Assembly: GCA_043228905.1 (NCBI GenBank)
Contig: JBHGNT010000005.1
Coordinates: 4,278,001-4,342,000 of the forward strand
From: Azolla caroliniana
Taxonomy: Eukaryota; Plantae; Polypodiophyta
Length of the DNA stretch: 64,000 bases
Direction: 5' to 3'
In this document: positions 25,101-38,700 of the stretch, piece after piece
How the letters are laid out: every line of letters begins with the position of its first letter
Position numbering within the stretch: the first letter of the stretch is position 1
Notes under the pieces: generated by a model
Told to the model about the DNA's origin: nothing
The model's database searches: none
Seen by the model: the letters and a program-made list of their open reading frames with translations, nothing else
Translations under genes and position numbers: made by a program

Positions 25101-26318
25101 TACAAGGGAAATTCTTAAGAGGGCATCCCAACCATGTTTTAATGCCTTCCACATGAATGGGACAAGCATTTGAACCCTTTATCAATCCCATCATGCCAGA
25201 TGACATGATGGGTTTTGTGGGTTTCTTCACCTTAAACAAGCTAGCTTCCAACTCATCGTGACTACTGTCAAGAAAGGAAAAGCAAGAGGTCTTTGTTAAA
25301 GCGTCTCCAAGCTTTTTTTTGTTTCTAGCACATCCTTTGCCCAAATTATTAACAAAGAGAGTGAGTAAAATAAGTGTTTTTCTTTATCCCTTGCTTGCTA
25401 TGTTGCTAAAGATTGCCATAAAAAAATATGATATTTGGAATGAACCTAAGGTTTGATGGTCATATGAACCACTCCTTTACCTTTTCGCCCTTATCCATGT
25501 CATGAATAATGGGTGATATGAGTTCTATTAGCATAGTTGGGTATTCTTTCATTTATTGTGTCCAACCACGTGGTTGTCTATAACCACTGTATCAATCTCT
25601 TGACACCCTAGATTATAAAGATGGTCAATTCAACTTACCACTTTATCATCAATTTGAAAGGATATTGAAGGAATGGATGCACCTTGCAAAGATGTGTTAA
25701 GGAGTCCATTGGGTTGACAAAGTACCCTCTTTAGATGAACAATGTGACAATGCCCATACGTTAACACACCATCTTGTTGACAATGCATAATAAAAGGGAA
25801 TGTATTTGGGGTCATTGACAATTGCTAATATTCCAACATTCATTTCATATACCATCATTGAGCTCAAAGGTAGACACCTAGAGAGTAGCCATGTTCATCT
25901 ATACAACAAAGTACCTCCTCATTTGGCTAGTGCGGAATGTAAGTCCATACAACCCATTGCATGTATTGGGTTTATCAGAGATTGGTAGACTAAAAAAGGT
26001 GCAAAATAGACTAATTAATAAATACCTCGGACTGCAACAACTATGTGGTGCGTCGATATTCCTCTTAGAACGAACACAACAAAAACCTTCAACTCTCATC
26101 ACCTAGTTCTACATGTTCCACGTTTCCGATTAATACATGAGGACTTGAAAAACCCAAATACCAAGACCGAACAAAGGAGTTACATGGAATCCTTTTGAAA
26201 GCGAAACAAAGTAGGCATGAATAAACAGAGTTACGGCATCAATCCTAGATACTGTGGGGCGAATCCAAGGGTGACTTTCGCAAGCGAGGGGGGAGATCAC
26301 AGCTTGGTAGTTGCAAAT

Positions 26319-26510
26319 AGATAGATACATAGACATAGATAGATACAGACATAGATAGATAGATATAGATAGATAGATACAGACATAGATAGATAGATAG
26401 ATACAGACATAGATAGATAGATAGATACAGACATAGATAGACATAGATAGACATAGATAGATACAGACATAGATAGACATAGATAGACATAGATAGATAG
26501 ATAGATAGAT
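26319..26510. repeat. Compound (AGAT)/(AGACAT)/(AGATAC) microsatellite
   Basis: Direct reading. Confidence 0.9.
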
Positions 26511-26785
26511 AATCATATATGTACATATCAATATGTGAAAGTTAAAGACTAAAACCTTATGAAGGGAGAACAAACCAGGAACATCTTTTCTCTCTCATTT
26601 TGTTCTTTTGTAACATGGAATTGGATCTCCATTTCTGCGCTTATGGCTGCTGGTGGGCGATGGCGAACTAGCAATTTCCTTCGGCAACAGATATGGGTTC
26701 CCTAAATTAGGTCAGAATTCTTCTCTCCTTTCTCCCTTATTTTCAATTTCTGTGTGTCTATGAGAGAGAGATATGAGAGCAGGAG

Positions 26786-26787
<2 letters not shown>

Positions 26788-26843
<56 letters not shown>
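26788..26843. repeat. (GA)n microsatellite upstream of the membrane-protein gene
   Basis: Direct reading. Confidence 0.9.
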
Positions 26844-26844
<1 letters not shown>

Positions 26845-27014
26845 ATCGGTTCCGTTCTGGCCATGGCACCTTCTGCCTCTGATTGTATAACAGATCCTTC
26901 CACCGTCAAAGCTGAAGCCAAATATATGCAGAGAAAAGATGGATTATGGCTATTATATATAGATGAAAAAGAACGCATAGATTTTGTGTTCTGAGCTTCC
27001 GCTGCAACCAGATT

Positions 27015-29540
27015 ATGGTAAGAATGACCATCAAAATGATATGTTTAGGGGGCATCTTGCTGTCCCTCTTCACTGCGTCAGTTTGGTCTTCTTCTTCTTC
27101 TTCTTCAGAATTTGGGTCTATTGACTATGGTGTAGAAGTGATGCCAGAAAAGCCACATGTTGATGCTCTATACAGAGAAGAGAAGGATGATGTGAGGTTT
27201 AACCGTAATTATGATGGAGAAAAGACCCTTTTTGATTATGGGTTGGATATGGATGAAAGGGATGACGTGAAATTTAGCCCAACTAATAATGAAAAGAAGA
27301 CATTTTTTGATGATGAAAGAGATGGCGTGAGATTTAAACCTAGCCCTGATACAGGGAGAGCTCCAGGAATGGTTTCTTCTGGTTCCGATGGTTGTGTATA
27401 TTTTGATGATTCCAGGGGTTTCCATGAAACTAATAATGAACAAGCATGTATGGAACAAAGAAGAAGCATTGAACAAATGAACATTCTGATACTTAAGCAG
27501 AGGGACCAGCTTCAAAATCTTGAGAGAATCATCAGAAAACTCGAACAAGTGACTGAAAGGCTCGAGAACGAGTTTGTTCTGCCATTATTAGATCAAAAAG
27601 TTCATTCCCTGAAGAGCTTTTCTATTCATACAAAGAGAAAAGTACAAGAAGCATCAAGCTCTTATAGGAATGCGAATGATGAAGAAATTGGTGTAGAAGT
27701 AAACGATAAAGATTCAAGTGGAGAAGAAACAGGTATAAAAGTCAATGATAAAAATGCAGGTAATGAAGAAACAAGTAAAGAAATAGTGGATTCTATGTCA
27801 TCTTCAATGGAGGTAGCTATAAAGCAGAAAAACAAATACGAGCATGGAGGAATGACTATTGCTAGATATAAACCAGCTTGGTCTGAGCATTTCCAATTCC
27901 TATCAGCGGTAAAAGTTGAAGGAGATGTAACTTGTTTGCATGTTCTCCCTCATGAAGGAGAAGAGGGTTTAAGTAAGTACGTTGCTGTGGGTGTGAATAC
28001 AGGGAGAGTTTATATCTTCTCATTGCATGGAGATTTATTGGTTGATTTCTTGACAATGTCTCCTCATCCCATCACAGCTATGCTTTCTTTTTTTACGAGA
28101 AGAAATGAAACTGTGCTCCTAACCGGCCATGCTGATGGTGCTGTGCTCATACACAAACTTTCTCAAACAGATCCACATAGGGTCCATTCACATGGAGATG
28201 ATAGGAATAACCTTTGTATTGTACACATTAAATCACTTACCTCCCATAGTGAGGATGATATAAAATCAGCATTGATCTCATCTGATGATCAAGGGGAAGG
28301 GAAAGATGGTGTAATCCATAGATCTAAAGATGATTTAGTTAATAGCACAGTCACAATTCTTGAGGTGTATAGAGTTGGAAAAATGCGTTATGTTCTAGCC
28401 ACAGATGCTGGTGGGAATATTCGGGTTTTTAGAGAAAATGGTACATTTTATGGGGCTGCAAGGGCATCAAGCAGACCCCTTACTTTCTTACGATCTCCCA
28501 ATTCACAAAGGCTACTATTTCTCACAGAGAATGGTGTTGCATCTGTAGATTTGAGAAGTCTATCCATTCAAGGTGGGCAATGTGAAGGATTGAATGCTTC
28601 CCGAGTTCTATCATATGCATTTGATGCATCTGGCCGTCCAAAAGCTCATGGCTTCACTGTTGAAGGGGCCATAATACATGTGGCTTTGTCTGGTGATACC
28701 CTTCGCTTTCAATGCAATGTGAGGTTCAGAAGGAGACATGAAGTAGAAGGACAGGTGTTTCCTCAAGCTATCAAAGGATATCTTCTAGTAGCAACCAACA
28801 AGGAGCTTCTTGTTTATAATACCACCTCGCATGATCTACCAAAGCTGCTTTTCACAACTCCTATAGATGAGATAGTGCTCAGTTTCCTCAGCACAGAGAT
28901 TCCAAGGCGTAATAACCACCTGCTCATGGCTTGCAATAGAGAGAGATTGGTAGTTTTAGGGTTTGGAGGTGGCTACGTTGGTATCTACAAGTCTAATTTG
29001 CCTGTATACAAGCATGCACATTCGGGTACTAAGTTTTGGAATAGTCCTTTGTTTGTAATCATGGCTATTCTTGTGGGGGGATGGCAATTCTTTTCAAAAA
29101 AGAGGGATGTTCCTGTACCACCATCAGAGAGTCATTTGTCGTCAAATTCTGGTATTGTGCATATGCAATCAGTGCGTGATGAATTGAAAGAATCTCTTGC
29201 TGGTTCAAGAAGATTCAATAGCTTTCCAAGTGGGAGTATGAAGTATAGAAATCCTGTTGCTGATCTGAGCTTCAGAACGCCATCGTCATCGGGGGAAGCT
29301 CTATCAAGGACCACAAGTTCATCATTAGATCTTGCTGGGGAGAACTCATCTTTAGAACCACATAGTTACCTAAAAAGGGAAGCTGTAGATGCCAAATTTA
29401 GAGCAGCAACAACAGAGTCTGATTTTGAAAACTCGGTTTCGGACTTCAATTCCTTCTTGGAAAAGGGCACACATAATAAGCAACTAAGGGGCATAGCAGG
29501 TCATTGTTTCAGAACTTTATCAGAACCAACCTCTTTCTAA
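27015..29540 (+). CDS. Uncharacterized single-pass membrane protein, At1g75140-like (841 aa, intronless)
   Basis: N-terminal signal peptide (MICLGGILLSLFTASVWS), coiled coil (QRDQLQNLERIIRKLEQVTERLE), conserved block YKPAWSEHFQFLSAVKVEGDVTCLHVLP..GLSKYVAVG..GRVYIF, a beta-propeller-like region, a TM helix WNSPLFVIMAILVGGWQFF followed by KKR, and a Ser-rich cytosolic tail. Family recognised from memory of At1g75140. Confidence 0.85.
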   Translation: MVRMTIKMICLGGILLSLFTASVWSSSSSSSEFGSIDYGVEVMPEKPHVDALYREEKDDVRFNRNYDGEKTLFDYGLDMDERDDVKFSPTNNEKKTFFDDERDGVRFKPSPDTGRAPGMVSSGSDGCVYFDDSRGFHETNNEQACMEQRRSIEQMNILILKQRDQLQNLERIIRKLEQVTERLENEFVLPLLDQKVHSLKSFSIHTKRKVQEASSSYRNANDEEIGVEVNDKDSSGEETGIKVNDKNAGNEETSKEIVDSMSSSMEVAIKQKNKYEHGGMTIARYKPAWSEHFQFLSAVKVEGDVTCLHVLPHEGEEGLSKYVAVGVNTGRVYIFSLHGDLLVDFLTMSPHPITAMLSFFTRRNETVLLTGHADGAVLIHKLSQTDPHRVHSHGDDRNNLCIVHIKSLTSHSEDDIKSALISSDDQGEGKDGVIHRSKDDLVNSTVTILEVYRVGKMRYVLATDAGGNIRVFRENGTFYGAARASSRPLTFLRSPNSQRLLFLTENGVASVDLRSLSIQGGQCEGLNASRVLSYAFDASGRPKAHGFTVEGAIIHVALSGDTLRFQCNVRFRRRHEVEGQVFPQAIKGYLLVATNKELLVYNTTSHDLPKLLFTTPIDEIVLSFLSTEIPRRNNHLLMACNRERLVVLGFGGGYVGIYKSNLPVYKHAHSGTKFWNSPLFVIMAILVGGWQFFSKKRDVPVPPSESHLSSNSGIVHMQSVRDELKESLAGSRRFNSFPSGSMKYRNPVADLSFRTPSSSGEALSRTTSSSLDLAGENSSLEPHSYLKREAVDAKFRAATTESDFENSVSDFNSFLEKGTHNKQLRGIAGHCFRTLSEPTSF

Positions 29541-31654
29541 AGACTTCAGAATTTGTTAGGGTTTTTTGTGGAAACTTTTTTGTAGAACGAAAAAGGAAAG
29601 AAAGAAGAATCCTTGAACACAATTCTACATACTAGTGTGCCAACTTTCTGAGGTATGAATTTCCAGATAATAGGAAATTTTCTTACGTTTCAACGAAAAG
29701 ATTTTTTCGTTTTCTTTTTGCATTTGAAATCTGTAAAGATTATAGAAATGTACACACACAGCTATACTCTAAAGATAAAGGTGTCTTCTTTCCAAATGTT
29801 ATTGAGAAGCTTTTTTGTTGTTGTGGTTGAGAAGCTTCTTTGTGTACATCATTGGGCGAAGATGAGTTAACACTTTGGTTTTTGAGTTTTATGAGCACTC
29901 CTCTCCAACAATTTTCAGCATATTTAAGATTTAAGCTTTTATTTAGGTCTCTAAGGATTCTTTTGTTGATTAGTTTAGAGGATGCCCTTTCCCCGTGTGA
30001 TAGTTCTTTGAGCCTTTCTACGCTAACAGGTATTTCTTTTTAGTTTCTTGATTAGAAATAAAAAACTTTGATATTCAAGTGCTGTCCACATAGGGCATCC
30101 ATATGAATATGGATGGTAATTTTTCTAGCGACAACAGACCTTGCTCACGAATTTGATCACCATAAGTTTGTATGATATCAGCAACAGTTTCCTAGCCAAT
30201 GACACTGATTGTTCATGAGTTTGATCACCCAACTATATATAATAAAATTAGAAAAGCAAATGTAACTCTCTATATGGTTGCTTATGAATGTGATGCTTGT
30301 TTGCATGAACACAAAGCATTTGCGAAGCACAAAAATATAATATACATACCCTACTTAAAAAAGTGAGAATTGATTGCAGTGTATATTGTAATGGGAGTAA
30401 TAAAAGAAGATATTCAAATGTTAACCAAAGAGTATCAGAAGATTTCCAAAGGATAATTCAAGTTAAAAAAATAAATTATTCTACTCTGTTACTGTACTAC
30501 ACTTTAAAGTCTTGCGTATGGCAATGAAACCTATGATTCACCTTGTGTAGTTCCTTCTATGTACTAAGCTTACAAATGTTAATTCTATTTGGTTTAAAGG
30601 TTTTTCTTTATCGCCAATGTCCATGTCGTGTGGTTGGTTAGGGCGAAAACCACGTTTTCATCAAGTTCCATGTGGTTGGCTAGACGGATATCCTCACATT
30701 TAACAAAGCAAAAATCATATTATCCTAGAGAAATCAAATGTGCATATATTTTCAACCATATCTTTGATTGGAAACTGTTAAATCAAAATGATTTGCCACG
30801 TTTGAAAGATTGCTCAATTATCATCACCGTCATCATCCTTGTACTCATGTAAACCTTAAAAGGTATACAAGGTACTCATTTCATGTATCCAATCTTCATT
30901 TAGATCAAAGTGAGTGTGGGTTGAATCCTCTTCATTTAGACCCAATTCTTTTCGATCTAGCTTTGAATGCATGGTTATGGTAGAATCAAGATTTTGAGAG
31001 ATTCTGAGTGAGATGATGGAAATGATTCCTCCTCTGTACTATCCACTGCTAAGAAAAAACAATTGTTCTGTGTCAAATGATGGAAATGAACCCATAACAA
31101 ATTCCCTTGATCGAGATAATGTATGTTTTAAGGAAGAAACGAGATTTGTAGCAAGCAAAGGGACATAAATGCATAAGCAATGCCTCCTTTATTGACAAAG
31201 ATATTTGAGACTACTATATTGGCAGTGTGTTTGATCCTTTCAAAGATAATTAAACCTACTCAATTGATGGAGGGAATCCTCTGTTGATGGAGAAAGTTGA
31301 GACTCCATTTAGGGACAAAGTTTGAAGTATTTGGTCATTTAGGAGACAAATGAACCTCCATTGATGGAGATAGTCGATGTATTTGATAATTTAGGAGAGA
31401 ATTATACCTCCATTGATGGACATAGTTGATGGATTTGATCCCTCTAGAGATACCCGGGACTATTGATGGAGGTACTTGAGGCTCGGCATTGATTCCTAGT
31501 GTGAGAGAAATTAGAAAGATAACCCCAACAAGTACGTCATCCTTCCCATAATTCATAGCATGGAAGAATCATTTATTTGATTTAGTAAGCCCGAGGTTAT
31601 AACCCCCTACATTCTACAATGGCATCTAATAAATTAAGAGGACATGTATAGAGT

Positions 31655-31730
31655 AATAGCGAGTTGAGAAAACTGGGATTTGAAGCCAAGACCTTGGCTA
31701 GTAGCCCGAGGTTATAACTTACTACTAGGG
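31655..31730 (-). mobile_element. Possible tRNA-derived SINE head (degenerate)
   Basis: The minus strand reads TAGTAGTAAGTTATAACCTCGGGCTACTAGCCAAGGTCTTGGCTTCAAATCCC, with A-box-like and B-box-like (GTTCRAATCC) motifs at tRNA spacing. A partial copy AGCCCGAGGTTATAAC lies at ~31587. Confidence 0.35.
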
Positions 31731-32594
31731 TAATGGAATTACAATTGGTGAAAGCGAGTGATATTGATCAACCAATCTTTTTAACACCTCTAGGAGAAAT
31801 TTTAGGAATCTAAGCCTTAATAATGCAGCTTCCTCACGCCATGATTTGCCCCAACCTTTTTCACTCGGAATTCATCAAAAACTTTGGGAGAACAATTTTT
31901 TTTCCAAAAAAGGAGCTACATTCCCATTAGTTAGGAGAGTTTTTTACAAACAGACTACACAAGTATATAAATTGGGGAATCACCTCCTGGTTGAGTTCAA
32001 GAATATGAGACTACGTACATATCGTCTCTTACTTTCTACTTAATGTAAGTAGAACTTTGGGATAACTTATTTTGTTAGCTTTCAATGTAGACCTCCTATT
32101 TTTTGACTCCATTGTCAAATGCATCCTCAAAAGCTATATGCTTCCAAATGGCCATTGTCATCTTTGTCCTCTGTCTCATCTATGTAGACATGAATGTGGC
32201 CTTGTTATTATTACGTCCCATGCTAGAACTATTTCTCGAGAAACCAAAGATTAATTTTGGGAATGTTGTATGATTGTGAGTTATATGCTGCATTTATTGT
32301 GGTGTTATATCTCATACATATATGTACTAACATGTATGCACTTATGATAGATAGATCATTTCACACGATCCCGTATGAATTGTGATAATGGCTGGATTCG
32401 GATAAATCTTTGAAGCAACTTGGAGTTTTTTATCAACAAATATATGCAACATGAACACAAGTTATTGTCCATTAAAAAAACAATTTGGATTCTTTGATTC
32501 CTTTCCTCTTTTTTGTTTTGTTTTGTTTACATAAGTAAATTTGGTAAAGAGAAGAGAAGAGAATCAAAATGAAAGTATATTAGCTTACATTATG

Positions 32595-33075
32595 GATGAA
32601 ACATATCAACACGAAAAGTGCCTTGAAAACCTATTAAGCACATAAGTAGGTTTGTATCATATTAGTGTAAATATAGGCTTGAACAATCTTAATACAAATA
32701 GTGTCTTGAACCATATCAAACACAAACAGTGTCTCCAACTACATCAAATATAAACAATGCCTTGTACCATATCAAACGCTAACTATGTCTTCAACCATAT
32801 CAATATAAACAAATGCCTTGAACCATATCAACACGACTAGCATTATAACAACTTGAAATGTCTTAACACAAACAGTGGCTTGAAACATATAAACACAACA
32901 AGTGGGTTGAAAATATTGACGTCAAGAGTGGATTTAACCAAATCAACACAAATAGGATTGAGACATTGCAAATAGTCGATTGAAAACATATCAAAGCAAG
33001 TTGTTGCTTAAAACATGTCAACAAGAAATAATGGCTTGAAACATATCGACACAAATTGTGGCTCACGCATCAAAC
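32595..33075. repeat. Degenerate 27-28 bp minisatellite (TTGAA[C/A]CATATCAA[A]CACAAACAGTG[T/G]C), roughly 15 copies
   Basis: Clear consecutive units from 32679 (ttgaacaatcttaatacaaatagtgtc, ttgaaccatatcaaacacaaacagtgtc, ...) to 33062. Confidence 0.75.
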
Positions 33076-33694
33076 AAGAAAAACATTTGTGAACTCTAGC
33101 ATGCCCCCTAATACTTATTAAAGTAGACGTATGTATATTCCTCATGTTTCAAATTATTATGGCCCCCTTTTAATGTTTTCATGCCATTCCATTTCTGTTT
33201 TTTTTGCTAAAACACATCAAGACAAAATATGTTGTTAGCCATTCTACTTACTCATAAAACTTCAAGTTATTGTGTCAATAGTGTCACAAGAAAACTATAT
33301 GTGGTTTTGTGTCAAAGTTTTGACATTTTAGAATTATATATGATTTTTTTTTTTATGATATGGAAATCAATGTGATCATGTAGTCAAATGGTTTGATCTC
33401 AAGAAATAGAAGCATGTATGATGTATGTATGCAATTTGTATCTTGTTTGGGGAAACATCAATAAAGAAATGATTTAATATTCTTTCCATACTTCAACCCC
33501 ATGGAAAAGCACTAGTATCACCGATGTACCAATGAGCTATTTATTCAAAGAGGAGTGCAATACTATAGAAGAGAGAAAGAGAGTGAGTGAGGGATTGAAA
33601 TGACCACGTGCTCCACCAACCACACAACCAATTAAACCCAACACACGATCAATAGAATATCCTGACACCACACACCCTCAAAGATTGCTATTAG

Positions 33695-33925
33695 ACAATG
33701 TGCCCTATAGAGAAAGTTGTCTATCATGTGCTCTAATGGCATGCAACTTAAAAGACAATACAATGTTCAATAGAGCACATTTCTAGGACATATCATGTGC
33801 TCTTGGAACATGTTTTTCAAACAGTAACCATGTGCTCCATCTAGCACATTGTCAAAATACAAATCAAATGGTTCATAGAACACGTTGCTAAAACACAACA
33901 CATGTTCCCATACTAAACATGTGAT
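33695..33925. repeat. ~30-37 bp array of imperfect palindromes (CATGTGCTC..N..GAGCACAT)
   Basis: Unit starts near 33695, 33725, 33761, 33794, 33829, 33866 and 33901. Confidence 0.55.
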
Positions 33926-35705
33926 TGAGATTCAAATTCATAAGCTCACAAACCTATATTTGATCTCATAAAGCCTCCCATTAAGTTCACAACTCTTCCC
34001 CTTTAAAGTACACAATATATGATACAATGTTGGAAGAGAAAGGCATGTGACAAGTTCCAATTGACCTTGGTCATGACGGAATAAAGAAAACGTCCTCCAT
34101 AGATGAAATAGATGATACTAAGGGTGGCAACCACTAGAAATGAGGACAAAAGTATACTTAAACCAATGCAAAGAAATAAACTAGCTTGGTTTTATTAGCA
34201 CTTCTCCATGTAGAGGTAGACATTAATTTTTGAAGGCTAGAAAACGATATATAAAAAATGGAGCATAGGTATATGTAAGCACACCGAAAGCACCACCATT
34301 CGGATAAGGTCGGAAAGTCAGACAAGGGGCATCTTGACAATTTGTCATAGAGGTTGAAGACACTCAAGCTTCATGTAGGAATCCACACCTTAAGCCATTG
34401 CACTCCCAAGGACTTTATAAGAGTCGACCCACTTATAGATATCATCTTCTAATCAATCCTCTACCGTTGTTATTTTTGTCCAATATTTCCAAGATCACAA
34501 ACATATTAATGTAACAAGTCATGTTCTGGTATAACTCAACTAAACTATACCTAGTTCAAACATCCACTTACGGACCTCTTCTGGAAATGAATATCTTCTT
34601 AAAATTCCCATTCGTTAGAGATACCATTACAAGGTAAAGAACATTTTATTGAATAGGAAATTACATTTTTATCTACATCTACATTTTCTTCTTACATAGA
34701 AAAATTTAGAGGTGCAAAGTAGAATTCTAATGAGCTTGCTAGGTTCGAATGTCAGAGCGGATAGATACTACTTTTGGAAATTCAATTATACCTTTACAAC
34801 CTACCTAAAATGATCACAATTATGACTTTATAATCTCCAAGAATGGTTACTTTCTTGCGTTGGGTGAAAACTTGTTTGACATTGGTCCATCAATATACGG
34901 AAGTCACCGAGCATTCAATGGGAACTTCAGCAATATTCATGGAAAAATGTGTCTCAGATTGTGACACCTATGATTCTACTCTCTCTAGCTACTTGATTAG
35001 CAACTTCAGTTGGCATTAAAAAACCAAAGTAATAGAGTTTTCAAACCGAAAGCACATATATTGGAGCTCTAGTTATAATTCTACCACATGATAGTCGAAG
35101 TATTTTCACTTCATCCTTGAGCAGTTCAGACAAAGCAACAATTATCTTGTAAGTAGAGTAGATGGATGGTTTGGTCTTATGTTGATAAATTCTGCACGGG
35201 AGTATACTTGCCTTAAATAAGGCTTCTCTATAAGTTTCCAACTGTCTCTCCAAAAAAAAAGAACAAAATCGTTTTTCAGCAAGTTGGGTAGTTTGATCTT
35301 CTGAGATATAACTAACAATTTAGCGACTAAACGCATGTATGCTGTATTACATATGATTGCTCAAAAGGTGATGGAAATGCTACAATCTTCCCCATATATG
35401 ATGAATTTTTTGGCTTCACAGAACACCCGAGCATTGTTAATTTAATGTAGCCTTTATGTGCTCCTAGTCACACAAAAAGATGGGCAATTCAGAAGATTTG
35501 ATACACGGTAAGAGTAGCAAGTTAAAGCAAAGGCAATTCTCAAGAAAACATCTGCGATTATTCTGCTTTTAGGATGAAAGAATGTATGGAAAAACACCCC
35601 TTTAAAGAGTGCTTGTAAAAATATCACCTAAAGAATGTATATAGAAATACCATCTCTACATATGTATGAATGCAGAGTAGATACATTAATTGGGCTAGCA
35701 TATCA

Positions 35706-38700
35706 TCAGATATACATGAACTCTCCACCTGGGAGTGCATTCTCGGCACCTTTTCTCTCCTCCTCAAATTCCTTGTCTCTTTCCTTCTTACTTTCATAGT
35801 CATGATCATCAGTCCGGAGTTCATACCGGCATATTGGACATGAATTATGCTCATCCTGCCATCCATCACAAACACACAACTTAAATAATGCACATTACAT
35901 CAGGAATAAAAAACGTGTCAAATAAAGGTTCATACCAGCCATGGCTTCAAGCATTCCGGATGAAATAAGTGTTTACAAGGCATTTCTTGCATCTTGGCAC
36001 CTAGTATAAAGTGTTCTTTACAAACGGCACACTCAGCATCTTCGCCGAGTAGCTTTATCAATGGCTCTGTCACATCTTTCACAACCAACTTGGCTACCTC
36101 TTCTTTCGAAGCCGGTGGCTTTCCACGCGGTGCTAGGCCAACCTCCTAGACTTTTTTGCAAGCAGCAGAATGAATGAGCTAAAGAGAGTTAGTTCAAGTA
36201 AAAATCCTCTATATGCTATGCGTTTTCATTGGCTATTAAAAGAACAAACAGTTATTTTAAAACCCCCTTATGGTGATTATTTTCATGAGCATACTTTTCT
36301 TATTGAATATGTATGTTTGTGTATATCCCTACTGAATGCAAATATTGTTAAAAGATAAAGAGAAGGGCATAAAAAACCCAAACTACAGCCAATTCAGGTA
36401 ATTTATTCTATGCTCCTAGCTTGAGGACGCTTCACTACAATTAAACCCTCTATCTATATCACATGCCTCGAGTATTGTATGCAAGAAAACCTTATCCATG
36501 TATTCAAACAGAGTAAAATGCACTAGTTTCCTATTCAATCTGTGTATATTACAATCTATCTTTCTTAAATGGTCTGCCAACAGAAGTGCTATTAGCCTAT
36601 TTAGATGATCACTAATTCCATCCTCTGGATGATCTACATGTACATAACGACCAGATTTATTTCAATGTTTCCAATCACTAGTCCATGGATATTGTCATGT
36701 TTTAAGCTCCTCAATCTAAGCATTTTTCATTAGTAAAATGCTCTATCCAATTTGTGCGGATGTGCTCTGATTTACATTATTAATAAATGATACCCACCTC
36801 AAAAGCCTTCCCATCCCTTGGGACAAAACCGTACATTTCCCTTAGGTCATAAGTAATGTCCAAAGGCAATAATAAAATCTATCTAATCTTCTAGTTCCTT
36901 GTTTCAGTTGGAGAGATTTTATTCTACAAACGAAGAAATGATACTTAAATCATCGGAGAGGGAAAATACATCATTTGTACACAAAAAAAGAGCTTACCTG
37001 GAGAGAAGCTTGAATAACTTCCTCAAGCTCAGGACCAAAGTCACTAACACCATTCACTCTTTCCATCAACTCTTGCATTTCTGGAGTTAACAACTCTTCC
37101 AATTGCGGCAATTCGGTTTCTGAAGTTTGCCCAAGATTAGCACCTCTTCGTTCTTGTTCAGATGCTAGTGCTGCAAGGACATTTTGAGCAACCATCCATG
37201 TCGGGCGAGGAGGCTCAGGATCAACTGTCAATTGTCCCTCAAAAAGAAATCCTTCAATTGCAAAAAGCATTTAATGGTTAGTTCCTTAATCAAAATCAAT
37301 ATATATTTTTTTTCTTAATCAAAGCATTCAATACCAAAATACACTTCATTTGTCCAATCTCCAAAACACTCCTCTCTACATTTCCCCTCTTGACAATATC
37401 TCTTACTGTTGAGAGCCTCTCTCAGAAATTTTCAGGGAGATCCACATAGATGTAAATTTCGACCTCATAATTAACTTTGGCCTTTTGAAGATCTTAATAT
37501 AACATGCCATAAGATGTTGCCTTTTGTTAGCTCTCTTAAAAGATGTTCATAATATAACACGTCATTGCTTTCTCTGCAATTTTAACATGTAACCATTCAC
37601 TAACACTCTTAAAGATGTTCAAAATTCACTTCACCATCCCTCTACAGTTTCTACTTTGGTCTCATGAAAGAACAATATTTTGGGAATGTTGAAAATACGA
37701 GGAGTATTGTATGAAAATTGAGGGGTATTCTAGTAAAATTTCAATTCTTTTTAATTATACAGTTTTAATAGTACTATCTCCATCCAAACATTAATGATTA
37801 GCCCCTCAATCATTAATAAGAAGAAAATAATGATGATGCTGACGATGATTTACTTTATTTTTAGGTTATGAGGATGTATATACCTCCACCCCTAACTGAT
37901 CGAGGCATGGAAGCATTCTCTTGGGAATCTCCAATTATTTCATGAGCTTTTGCAATGAGGGACTTCATGTTTTCCTTTTCATCTTTGTTCATTGCAACCT
38001 TTAAGGTTGCCTCAAATAGTTGTAAACCTGCCATCCAAAAACCTATACCAGTGTATCGAGTCTTCAATAGAGTTCCTGCTCTGCAAACTGTAGAATATAT
38101 CTGCATTGTATAGAGATATTTTTCTTTCTGTCTTACAAAAGAAGAAAAAGAAAGTAGCCATTTTACCATTAAAAGATTAGTATGAGATTACCGATGGTTT
38201 GTACAAGTGTGCCTGATGGTACAGAATGGACATCACAGACAAGAGGCATGCCTTATTATAGGCTTCATCAATGATGTGAGCACACAACCTTGTTACATAA
38301 CGAAATTCTAGAGCTAAGGGCATAGGAGCACATACATTGCAAAACATCTCAAAGCATACTTTTGATAGCAGCCTCTGAACATCAGATGGATAATATTGTG
38401 TGAATATATGTCATCACATCTCAATATTTAATTTTCTAGAATCATTATGTCATACGTACATTTTTAGTATGAAAAAACCATTGTATCCTTGTGTGAGGAA
38501 GAATCAAAATATTGTATGCATTTCTTTTTCTTCCATCTGACCAGCTTATTAGATAGTACAATACATCCATACTTCATTTAAACTTAAGGGATCATCCCCA
38601 TATCTATTGTCTATTTTTGTCTGAGAAAATGATGAGCACAGAAAGCCTCTTAATTAGGATTATTTTATAAATGTCAAATAGATGATATAGCCATCATTCC

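Noticed and set aside
22150-26100. Short ORFs and TE-like debris between DELLA and the membrane-protein gene
   Set aside because: No recognisable domain, splice structure or termini.
26130-26994. ORFs of 73-147 aa upstream of the membrane-protein gene
   Set aside because: They are translations of AGAT/GA microsatellites.
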